Assembly: GCA_020137815.1 (NCBI GenBank)
Contig: CM035358.1
Coordinates: 6,138,001-6,202,000, forward strand
Source of the DNA: Hormiphora californensis
Lineage: Eukaryota; Animalia; Ctenophora
DNA length: 64,000 nucleotides
Reading direction: 5' to 3'
Under the pieces are notes generated by a model. The model did no database searches. It saw only the letters and a program-made list of their open reading frames with translations, and was not told where the DNA came from. The translations under genes and the position numbers were made by a program. Positions 1 to 11,300 of this stretch are shown one piece after another (the stretch's first letter is position 1; every line of letters starts with the position of its first letter).

Positions 1-167
1 AATTGTTTTGTAAACCGTTTTTGTTTTTCAACCGCTTCGCTTTAACCGATTGGACCAAATTGAGTATAACTACTCCCGAATATATAGAAAATATCTGACG
101 CAAAGTGCAGTATCTAAAAAGCCTCGATCTAAATAAAAGCGTAAAGTGTTCAACTGACCATTTTACC

Positions 168-1123
168 TTCTTACTAACCCCCTCTCCCCATCTTTCTATC
201 TAGGTGCCATTACTAACCCCCTCTCCCTCTTTCTATCTAGGTGCCATTACTAATCCCCTCTCCCTGCCTCTTACTAACCCCCTCTCCCCCCTCTTCCTCC
301 CTCTTACTAACCCCCTCTTCCTCCCTCTCTCCCTCCCTCTTACTAACCCCCTCTCCCTCCCTCTCTCCCTCCCTCTTACTAACCCCCTCTCCCTCCCTCT
401 CTTCCTCCCTCTTACTAACCCCCTCTCCCTCCCTCTCTTCCTCTCTCTTACTAACCCCCTCTCCCTCCCCTCTCCCTACCTCTTACTAACCCCCTCTCCC
501 TCCCTCTCTTCCTCCCTCTTACTAACCCCCTCTCCCTCCCTCTCTTCCTCCCTCTTACTAACCCCCTCTCCCTCCCCTCTCCCTCCCTCTTACTAACCCC
601 CTCCCCCTCCAGGTGCGACTCTAGAGATCATCACCGACAAGTCCCAGGAGGGATCCCAGTTTCCCTCTCTTCCTCCCTCTTACTAACCCCCTCTCCCTCC
701 CTCTCTTCCTCTCTCTTACTAACCCCCTCTCCCTCCCCTCTCCCTACCTCTTACTAACCCCCTCTCCCCCCTCTTCCTCCCTCTTACTAACCCCCTCTTC
801 CTCCCTCTCTCCCTCCCTCTTACTAACCCCCTCTCCCTCCCTCTCTCCCTCCCTCTTACTAACCCCCTCTCCCTCCCTCTCTTCCTCCCTCTTACTAACC
901 CCCTCTCCCTCCCTCTCTTCCTCTCTCTTACTAACCCCCTCTCCCTCCCCTCTCTTCCTCTCTCTTACTAACCCCCTCTCCCTCCCCTCTCCCTACCTCT
1001 TACTAACCCCCTCTCCCTCCCTCTCTTCCTCCCTCTTACTAACCCCCTCTCCCTCCCTCTCTTCCTCCCTCTTACTAACCCCCTCCCCTCTCCCTCCCTC
1101 TTACTAACCCCCTCCCCCTCCAG
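168..1123 (+). repeat. Intronic tandem array of TTACTAAC plus pyrimidine tract (roughly 30 units of about 28-36 bp), including a decoy copy of the exon start at 613-662
   Basis: Repeated CTTACTAACCCCCTCTCCCTCC... units. CAG|GTGCGACTCTAGAG...GGATCCCAGTT occurs at 610-662 and again from 1121. Confidence 0.95.
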
Positions 1124-1287
1124 GTGCGACTCTAGAGATCATCACCGACAAGTCCCAGGAGGGATCCCAGTTTTGCCGGGGGTTCGGCGGTGTCGGAGGC
1201 ATCCTCCGATATAAGGTCGACTTCCAGTCATTCGAGGTGTTCGATGCACCCGTCGAGCAGGATGACCTTGATGACTTTGACTTCTGA
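1124..1287 (+). CDS. ETF1: Eukaryotic release factor 1, last coding exon (upstream exons lie outside the window)
   Basis: After the CAG acceptor it reads (G)[53 protein letters not shown]. This contains the eRF1 C-terminal GFGGxGGxLRY motif and acidic tail. Stop TGA at 1285-1287. Confidence 0.96.
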
Positions 1288-2005
1288 CAAGGGGCCGCCC
1301 TCACCCGGGGCCTCAAATACCATGCAGGTAATTAGGAGTTAATTAGTTAATTAGCAGGGGTTCTGACAAGGGGCCGCCCTCACCCGGGGCCTCAAATACC
1401 ATGCAGGTAATTAGGAGTTAATTAGTTAATTAGCAGGGGTTCTGACAAGGGGCCGCCCTCACCCGGGGCCTCAAATACCATGCAGGTAATTAGGAGTTAA
1501 TTAGTTAATTAGCAGGGGTTCTGACAAGGGGCCGCCCTCACCCGGGGCCTCAAATACCATGCAGGTAATTAGGAGTTAATTAGTTAATTAGCAGGGGTTC
1601 TGACAAGGGGCCGCCCTCACCCGGGGCCTCAAATACCATGCAGGTAATTTGGAGTTAATTAGTTAATTAGCAGGAGTTCTGACAAGGGGCCGCCCTCACC
1701 CGGGGCCTCAAATACCATGCAGGTAATTAGGAGTTAGTTAGTTAATTAGCAGGGGTTCTGACAAGGGGCCGCCCTCACCCGGGGCCTCAAATACCATGCA
1801 GGTAATTAGGAGTTAATTAGTTAATTAGTTAATTAGCAGGGGTTCTGACAAGGGGCCGCCCTCACCCGGGGCCTCAAATACCATGCAGGTAATTAGGGGT
1901 TAATTAGTTAATTAGCAGGGGTTCTGACAAGGGGCCGCCCTCACCCGGGGCCTCAAATACCATGCAGGTAATTAGGAGTTAATTAGTTAATTAGTTAATT
2001 AGCAG
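1282..2005 (+). repeat. Nine copies of a ~79-87 bp unit containing the eRF1 stop codon and the 3'UTR splice donor
   Basis: Unit TTCTGACAAGGGGCCGCCCTCACCCGGGGCCTCAAATACCATGCAG|GTAATTAGGAGTTAATTAGTTAATTAGCAGGGG. Confidence 0.95.
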
Positions 2006-2429
2006 GTGGATGTGTTAGTTAACACAATTAGTACAATGTACAATAATTATACTCGACAAATTATCCCTACTACCCCATTACTTGCATAGTGCTTTCAGCC
2101 CCCAGCACAGTATACCAATAATGCTGTCGATGTAATGTAGTCATTGAATTCCTGCTACAGTCTGCATTCAATACTTCCTCTCTACATTACATTACACTCG
2201 TCAGTCGTCACTCTTCCTCTCATTACAGCGAGGGGGTGATATTGGATATATATTGGTAGGAAATGAAAGGACATGGCATCACCATTCTGTAACTTTACTC
2301 TCTCTCTCTCTCTCTCTCTGTAGTAACTTTACTCCCGCTTTGTAGTGGCTTTTCAGCGTGTTCAGTATAATATCTGATTCCCATTATAAATGATTCCCAA
2401 TTTGACGCCAACACCCCTCTTCACCCCGG

Positions 2430-2925
2430 TCCCTAATTCTCCCTAGATTCCCAAGTCTAATTCTCCCTTCTCTCCTTCCCTTCCCCCAGATTCCCTTCCT
2501 CTAAAACCCCTCCCCTTCCCAGATTCCCTCTCCCCTAACACCCCTTCCCTTCCCCCTCCTCTAACACCTCTCCCCTATCACCCATCTAAATACTAACACC
2601 CCCTCCCCTCTCTAACACCCCTAGCCCTCCCCTCCTCTAACACCCCTCTCCCCCCCCCCCCCAGATTCCATCTCTAACATCCCTCCCCAGATTCCCCTAA
2701 CACCATCCCACCTCCCCAGATTCCCCTAACACCTTCCCACCTCCCCAGATTCCCCTAACACCATCCCACCTCCCCAGATTCCCCTAACACCATCCCACCT
2801 CCCCAGATTCCCCTAACACCTTCCCACCTCCCCAGATTCCCCTAACACCTTCCCACCTCCCCAGATTCCCCTAACACGCTCCCACCTCCCCAGATCCCCC
2901 TAACACGCTCCCATCTCCCCAGATT
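2430..2925 (+). repeat. Tandem 29-bp branch-point/acceptor units preceding the putative terminal eRF1 3'UTR exon
   Basis: CCCTAACACC(A/T)TCCCACCTCCCCAG|ATT is repeated about 8 times, with degenerate copies upstream. Unique sequence resumes at about 2926. Confidence 0.9.
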
Positions 2926-3190
2926 CCCAAGACAGATCTCCAGGGTTAAGGAGGCCAGCACTCCAGTCACAGTAAAGCTGCAACAACAGATCTCTCACAC
3001 ACCAGTACCCCCCTTTTAACTCTACAAACAGTTTCATCCAGCGGAACTTTGTTCATGGAGAGATAGGGATTTGTGTGTGGAGAGAATGAACAATAAGAAC
3101 TGTGTATGCGGCTATGTGATAAGACGAGAGTGCAAATGATAACTGGTTTTATACATTTGACAATTAAACAAATCGTATTTTGATATTTAA
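2923..3190 (+). other. Putative terminal non-coding exon (3'UTR) of eRF1
   Basis: It follows the last CTAAC...CCCCAG acceptor and has ATTAAA near 3163. The end coordinate is approximate. Confidence 0.55.
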
Positions 3191-3469
3191 TACACACCAA
3201 TTTTTACACACTTGACTCGCTAGTCTTCTCCCAGCGAGGTCTTACGTAACCTGGCCGGGTAGAAAGGTGGAGGGCGCGGGGGTCAAATGCGCGCGGTGAA
3301 TGAAAAGTACACATCTACAACAATCCGACCACGCGCTTCCCCTCCTGCAATTCTCCGATCTGGGCGATACCAGGGTGGTTCGGGGAGGCGGCATTTTCAG
3401 GCCCGACAGCTCCAGTCGTTGGGCGAGTGGAGTGTGTTAATTTGGTGATGTCAGATCCGTGCCAAAATA

Positions 3470-5054
3470 CAGTCGGACCCCGATCTAACGGAACCATGGA
3501 ACGCCGAACGGGGGGGGGGGGGGGGGGGCGGCTGAAGTTTTTGAAGTCGACTTCAAAAACTTCAAACAGAAACTTAGGGTGGAAAACTTCAAAAACTTCA
3601 AAAACTTCAAAAAACTCATATCTCCTAAACCGTTGGAGATAGGCCCTATGTTGCTTCATAACTCTTATATAAATTTGCATATTCCGAACAAGATACATCC
3701 CTTTAAAAATCCTATAGACACTCAGAAACCATTAAAACTGGTCTAGCCCAAAAATAAGTCATGCACACACACAAAATTATGAAAATATCCCATTATCCCT
3801 CGAATTAAAGTACACCCCAAACTACTATGTCCCTCACTCGGGTTTTGTGAAATTTCCCACGGTCATAACTCCACTCCCTGATGAGATAGAGACTTGAAAT
3901 TTGTTCTGTACGAAGAACTCGATATGATCTCCCTACAAAACAAATTTCAAGTCTCTATCTTATCAGGGGGTGGAGCTATGGCCGTCTAAAATCCGGTCGC
4001 GCGCAGCAAGGGACATAGTAGTTTGGGGGGACCTTTAGATGAGGTGGAGACTTCATTTTGGCACGTACCCCCACTAACTCAAGGCCGCTGATGATTTTAG
4101 TGTCCATAGTTGTTTCACTACTCCCTTCATAAACAAGAATTATTTGCATTATGTATCCATAATGCTACGTTTCCCTGCCCTCTTCGATTTGCCATTCAAC
4201 TCGCCCAACGAGTAAGCTGTCCGCAAAATGGGGATTTGTGTTTTTCGAATTTTTGAACAAAACGCAGAATAATATAGATTTTTCAATTTCTCCATTTTCC
4301 CCGATCAAAACGCGCGGCCGATATAAAACAAATTTCGCCGCGCGTTACAGTTTATAGCAGCGCGCCCCTCATAAAATTTCAATTGTTTGCACGCGCGCAT
4401 ATTACTCCGCAAGTGTCAGATCGCGCGCGCCGCAGGGTTGCCCCTCGCAACGAAAGTGTGACCAAAAAATGTCCCTCTACCAATTAGTTAGTATACCAAA
4501 ATGTCGTTTTCGAATTCTAACCCTGCTATGCCTTTTTACAAAGTAAAAAGGCATCCGGGTGAATGCCTTCGGCATTCACCCGGGCAGGGAAAAAATTTGC
4601 ATTTTGTGAAACTGGCAAAAAGGGTGTGGCCCCAAAAAAATTTTGAAAAATTACATCATAATTTTTAAACACTTTCTTAGCATTTTCTAGGCCATTTTTT
4701 GAGTTATAGAATGAAAATTAAATTTGTTTTTACAAAAAAATTAAATTTTTTACACCAAATTGTGCCTTGGATTTCATGGCTAGGAATCATTGTAAATATC
4801 CTACTTTGTGGTAGAAAAAGGGCAGACAAGGCCGGATAACTTTGCCACAATATGTATTAAGCATGAAACTAACCTAAACTAGTGTAATAAAAGTTACTGA
4901 GAGCATATAAAAGTAGTTAAGAGTTTTTGAAGTTTTTGAAGTTTTTGAAGTCAACTTCAAAAACTTCAAAAACTCAAAAAGTAGGGTGGAAAACTTCAAA
5001 CTTCAAAAACTTCAGCCGGCCCCCCCCCCCCCCCCGCCGAACGGGGTTCGACTG
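3470..5054. mobile_element. Tiny Tc1/pogo-type MITE split by a nested insertion
   Basis: TA|CAGTCGGACCCCG ... CGGGGTTCGACTG|TA terminal inverted repeats with TA flanks. Confidence 0.75.
3510..5034. mobile_element. Non-autonomous DNA transposon with poly-G/poly-C termini
   Basis: G(n)CGGCTGAAGTTTTTGAAG ... CTTCAAAAACTTCAGCCGGC(n). The direct repeat CGCCGAAC(G) lies on both sides. There is an internal palindrome at about 3806-4037. Confidence 0.85.
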
Positions 5055-5362
5055 TATTCGACGAGTAAAAACTGCAGCGGTTTTTAAAGGGAAAAAAGAC
5101 AATATTTACACAAATATTTACACACAGTCAAAAATACATCTCACTATCTGTCCTTTTCTAATCTAAAGTAGGTAAAAGAAGGCTTTGAATCTTTCTAAAA
5201 TATTTACCAACTCACTCGGATGTCATCATGCACTGTTTCCTAGTCAACAAAGAATCCCACTACCTATTCCTAGGCATATCTCACACTCACTACTAAGTCC
5301 TGTCGTCCTGAATCCTTCAAATCTCGCTTTCTAGACACACGTGTGTACACATACGCTATGAT

Positions 5363-8300
5363 TTAGTGAGATGGTTTAGTAAGATCTAGATACTCCTGGC
5401 CTATATCTACATCCCCCCTCCAACAAGGATTACCTCCCAACAACTCCAAACCCCTGGCTGCCTTGTTTATACAGCTCAGCTGCTTCTTGCTCCTTTCAAA
5501 GGACGGGATTTCCACAACTGCCATGTTCTGCCTGCTTCTCAGCCCAGCCTCAACCATTTCAGTGGGGATCTTGTGCCGGAAATGGTGGATTTTGTCGTTA
5601 ATTTCCGCCACTACCTTTGGGTAGCTGTCTTTTAGGAGGAGGAAGGCGACTACTTGACCCAGAAGGGGAGTTCTAACACGTCCACTATCATCACCACTGT
5701 TCATTTCACTAACCCTGGGAAGAAGGGGGTTAGCATGAACCGACCGACACAAGTAAACAACCAATCAGAACTCGTCATTTAGGTCACGTGACTGGTTATC
5801 AGCCAATCAGGGACCAGTATTTCATGATTCGGTCGGTTCCTGGTCAGTTGATTGGTCGATATATTAGTAAATATATTGGTAGCTAATTTGGCATGTTTCT
5901 TTCGCCGATATATCCACATAATTGGACTAAGGAGTAAGGAACCAACTTACAAAAAGTACCATCGGGTATCGAATCGCGGGACAAAAGTACCCCTATAATA
6001 GTTGCTCTATAAAATTCCAGGGGGGGGGGGGAATAACCGACCTAAAGTAGTGATCCTTGCTCTTGTTGGTAGCTAGCGGGTAAACAGTTTCCATTACAGA
6101 GTTGAATTCACTTGCTTTCATGTTATTGGGGTCCCCTGAAGACATGGCAAGAAGTTAGGTAAACACAGATGGACAGTAGAGAGAGGATTTTTATATCGGG
6201 CCTCGGGGCCTGGTTTAAATCGAGGGCTGACTGTATACTTAAGTACGGATAGTAAATCTGACTTTTTGAGTAAGGGGTCAACTCAACAAGGCCTGACAGA
6301 ATCCATACCTGTTGTAAATGCCCTTAATTTCCCGGCACACTCGACAATCCTAGGTTCCCTGTCCCTAACAATACAAGACATGAGATACCGGGAGACCAGG
6401 GCGGGGGAAATCTTATTATTACTGTAGCTCGAATACGACAGCACATGGGGGTCGATATCTTCATCTGCTAGGTGCCGGTAAAGGACGATGAAGAGGGGTC
6501 GCAGGTCCAGGGTACAGGCCAGGTCCAGGTGAAGTAGGATCTCGTTCAAAAGGTACACGTACCTGTGGGGGGAGAGGGGTAATAGCAGGTACGTTGGGGA
6601 CGAGAGGTAATCAGGTAAATCGAGGTTAGTTTTGAAAATTATAATCAAGTAATACTGTTTGACCAACCTCATTACAATTGGGTCCATGCTACCAGCCAGA
6701 ATGGAACCAAATATGGCAATAAGTGGGTTATCAGGGGCCATGTTACTAATCGCTTTCAGAACATCAATCTAATGAGAGTGAGAGAGTATTATCATCAAGC
6801 GGTAAGGGTAGTACCCAGGTGGTCAACGAGTGCACTGTGAACCCCGGGGAACAGTGTGACATGTAAAAACATATCCAACCCCTTATACTTATTCGTGTTG
6901 TTGAACAACTTATATTCAACAACTCCCCCCTTCTCTCCCCTTTTCAACAATTTTCAACTGCATTTACCTTAACAATCTGCATAAGATTCTCAATCTGATA
7001 TTTTGCGAGTAGAAAATCACTGAAGTGGTCCAGGCTGCTCCGATACAAGTCATCTTTGGACAGATTACTGGGGAGAGATATGCCGGGTTACAGTGAGGAT
7101 TACGGTGCTAGTTGAGATTTGAAAAGGAGGGTCGTGAAAATGGGTCACACGCCCTGTGAGCCGCTCCCTCTGTCAGAGCATTGGCCTGACCCATTCTCGC
7201 TCGCGCGAGAACTGTGGTCAGAGCATTGGCCTGACAGCGCTCCCTTCGATATTGGTTGCCCTCTTACCACTACCCAGCCACACCACTGCCCTTCCCCACT
7301 GTCCACTACCTGTCTGGCGCCGCGACCCATCTGAGCGCACTGTTTGATAATCAAATGGGGTATGGCGCCGCCATACAGCCCACTACCAATGATATTATTT
7401 AACTTTAGTTACTGGGAAGGGGTGAGGACTTGTTGAGTAAGTGAGGACACGTCTCGGGCGTGGTAGGACATTGAAAACATTCCTCAATTTAACGTTAGGT
7501 ACCTGAGGTAGAGGTGAAAGTGGTGGATGGTAGTAGTAACATAATCCTCTGATAGATCACGTGTTACATGCCATGATTCCCTGTACGCGTCACGCCACAT
7601 ACCAACCAACTTCCTGTAGATATACACGTGCAGTTGTTATATGATCACTGAATCAAAACGGGGTCGGAGCCGCAGGCAGCTTTCTGAATCACTGAATAAG
7701 TTGTTAGATTTGTGTCTAACAGTAACACTAACATTGTAAAATTTTGGGACATGCTGTAAATCTTTAGGTATCACTGCTTGTACAACTTATAACACTGCCC
7801 AGTGTTATAAGTTTTCACTTATAACACCCCCCAGTGTTATAAGTTTTCACTTATAACACTGGGCAGTGTTATAAGTTGTACAAGCAGTGCTAAAACACCG
7901 CTGCACTTAGAACTCCTCACTCCACTGTTTCTGTCACACTTAGAAAGATAAGCGTGTACGAACTCTCTCTCTCTCTTTCTTTATGTCACACTCACACGCC
8001 GTTGCAGCATCGAGATCAAGATAACAGTTACGAACTCCCGGACCCACGTCCCACACATTCTTTATCTCTCTCACTGTCACTAATCTTTCACTCTCTTTAC
8101 CTATTATATATCTCAGGCGTTATCTTATCTTATACTGATATCTCTGCCTGCTACCTTAAATCATGAATTCGTTCTATTGTTACGCCCTCTAAGTGTCTCT
8201 CACTCTTGTTTTCAAAATTTTACAATGCAATTTTATTATGCCTATTTTCGTTGTACCTGACGTCAACAATAATGTCCCAGATTCTTACACTTTTAGACCT

Positions 8301-11300
8301 CGCAGGCTCGGTCAAAAAGTAAAACTACATCACTCGCAGGCTCGTGAGGTAGTTACACTTAGTGGCACTCGCAGGCTCGTGCACTAAAGTACAAGAATCT
8401 GCCTCGACCTGTGGTCTCGGATCATTATTGTTGCACTTATAACACTCGACCTTCGGTCTCGTGTTATAAGTTTTCAGGTACAACTTATAGGCATAATAAA
8501 ATCCTACAGTAATACTAAGAAAAGCATCGTCCGAATGCCCCTTGCATGACCATTGACCCTATAGGGGAGCCACAGGTAATATGGGAAATTTGGTAAAATG
8601 GGAAATTCGTGTTTTGAAAAGATTGGCCATGTTATAGGCTCATAAATAGTTAATAACTCTTATTAGTGATCTTAGATTAGTTCTGAAACCGTTTATAGCC
8701 TTGGTGGGAAGTGTTTAGATGGTACACTAGCACCCTCGTCATCTTAAAATAAGGAAAGTAAAAATTCAGGCCACTTTTTTCATTTGGTACACACGTCTCT
8801 GTTTCTTTGAGAAATTATCGATTGGCTTAGTTTATGAGCAAGATATTTATTAGCGATACCTGAAGAGATCAGAGCATCAGAATGAACGTGTCTAATTATA
8901 ATTAGCTAATTACAGAAACTCATGATTTTGGTATAATGGGATACTGAAATTTTGGCTGTTTAAACGGCCATTTTAAACGAAAACTTCTCAGTTACGATTA
9001 TAAATATAGCCTATTTTCGTTCATAACTCGAAAGAACTTGTATTCTCTGAAAAAAATGCCCCGAGTGACAACTGCAGAATACGACTACACGTGTGGATAT
9101 AATTATTCAATTCTCATTAATCTAATCTTCTATTATAGACACCAAAAGGTTTCTGGTATCCGTGTAGCTTTCTTAGTTTAGCGGTTACTAAATATTATCC
9201 ACATTTATGTGTTAACGATCAACTCTTTGGTCCCCGATTCTTTAGCAAATTTTAGAGAATTTCTAAATTTTGGACCTGTCTAAAACTGTATACAGGTAGA
9301 ACCCCGCTAGGAAATGAACCTGTTCACGCTTTTACCCCTCCTGTTGAACTTAGTAGTGTAAAATGAGGCTTTAGGGACCCGTTGGTGAAGAAATTAGGTA
9401 GCTTGTTCCTAACTTTTCATGATTTCACGGCTGCCGGCTATTATAGGGCCTTCAGACCATTTACTAATTATAAACAAAACTTAAATACCATTACAAACTA
9501 GTTTAATCCAAGCAAAGTGCAACTTAAAGTAACCATATTTTGAGGAAAATTAATTTTGATAAAATGGGATACCAATTGTTTGATAAAATGGGATATCCCA
9601 TTTTCGTTAAAAATGGGTATCCCATTTCACCAAAATAAAATTCCACTGCAAATTTTCAAGGTAATATGGGATAGTGTGCTCAACGGTCATGAGTAATGCA
9701 TCTGTTTCCAGCTTCAAGGACCGGTTGAGAGTATATAGCGATGAAAGGGTACGGAGGAGTGTTTATGGAGATGTCCAGGGGGAGTTATTTGATCTTTTGA
9801 AGGACCTGTTCACTCTTGCTGGGATGAAAGACTCCTTTCCGAAGAGTTTGACTGCCGGGCGTGGTGTGTGGGATGGTGTGAAGTGCCCGAGTAAAAGCAA
9901 GATTAAGGGAATCAAGAAGCCAGATATGGATGATTTCACTGAGAAGGTCTGTCATCTGCTGATGGAACGTTGCTACCCAGTACTGGATCGCCTGAGTATT
10001 GAAGTAGAGGAGACTGAGAGGAAACTTTTGGATAGTCAAGAGGAACTGATTGCGGCACAACGGAAATTGGTGGAGTCCCAGGATACCCTTGTTAAGCTAC
10101 AGTGCCAGTTGCTGGAGAAACGAGACAGGGAGATCACTGCCGTTCAGTCAACAGCTGAGAAAGAGATTAAGTCTTTCTCTTCTGTACTCCAGAAGGGTTG
10201 TGACAAAGCCTTAGCACCGCAGCGGGTACGTCAGGCTATTGTTGTAGCGACAGAGGACAGGTCGAGCAACGTCATTGTTCATGGTTTGTGTGATGAGCCT
10301 ACTGAGAATGATCTGGATCTGGAACACGACATCAAAGGACTGTTTAGCTATATGGGTTCGTGTATTACTGGTATTTCCAGTATGAAGCGACTTGGGAAGT
10401 ATAAGGAGGGCTCTGACCGGCCAGTAAAACTGCGTCTATGTGGCAAGGACTTCCGAGATGAGGTTCTGTCCAGTAAGAAAGCTTTGAAGAACTCTGATAG
10501 GCACAAAAATGTCTATATTTCCCCTGACCGTTCTCCGGAGGAGAGAGAGGAGAGGAGGAAGCTGGTGGTGGCGCTGAAGGAGAGGAAGGAGGCGGAGCCG
10601 GGGAAGACCTTTGGGATACGAGGTGGCAAGGTGGTGGAAGTGTGAGAGACAGAGTGGGATTGCTGTGTTTGAGTTTGTGTGTTAACAAAATAAGTTAGGT
10701 TTTGTGACTGGACTTTTGGGCATCAGAGCACCGGACATTTAATTGGTTTAATAGAACATTGTATTGATTGTTAGACTATAGTTATATTTGCAATGGTGAA
10801 CCGCTCTGATTGCCGTGTAGTTTACTAGTTGTTAATTCTAGTTACCTATATGGTATGAGCGTGTATACAAATGCTGCTATTATTATTATTATTATAGTGC
10901 CAGATCTCCGTTGTGGAGCATTCGTTGGGGTAATTTTGGTGGTAATGTGTTAGCCTGGTCCAAATAAGACACACCTATGAAGACGGCGTGACTTTATTGT
11001 CATACGAAAAAAAATTATGGCCAAAATTTGTTAGGTATCCCATATTACCTGTGGCTCCCCTACTCTCATTTTTTAACGCGTGAACAGCGGTCAGAGTATT
11101 GATTCAATGCGCTGACCGCTGTTCAATGATTGACCTGACAGGAATGTCATTGTGCGGATATAAATATTAAACACCTGTTGATATCTCTGATAGAGACTTG
11201 ATCAGGTTGAGATGTCTGGCTCAGGGGTCCCTTTACAACAGTATCCTCTTCGCCCTCTTCCTCCTCATGGGTCCTATTCTCTGCCTCCATCTACATTGAG

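Noticed and set aside
3877-3952. Hammerhead-like CTGATGA...GAAA core (also at about 14577)
   Set aside because: Stem II is only about 2 bp and stem I cannot form after the putative NUH. It is explained as part of a palindromic MITE.
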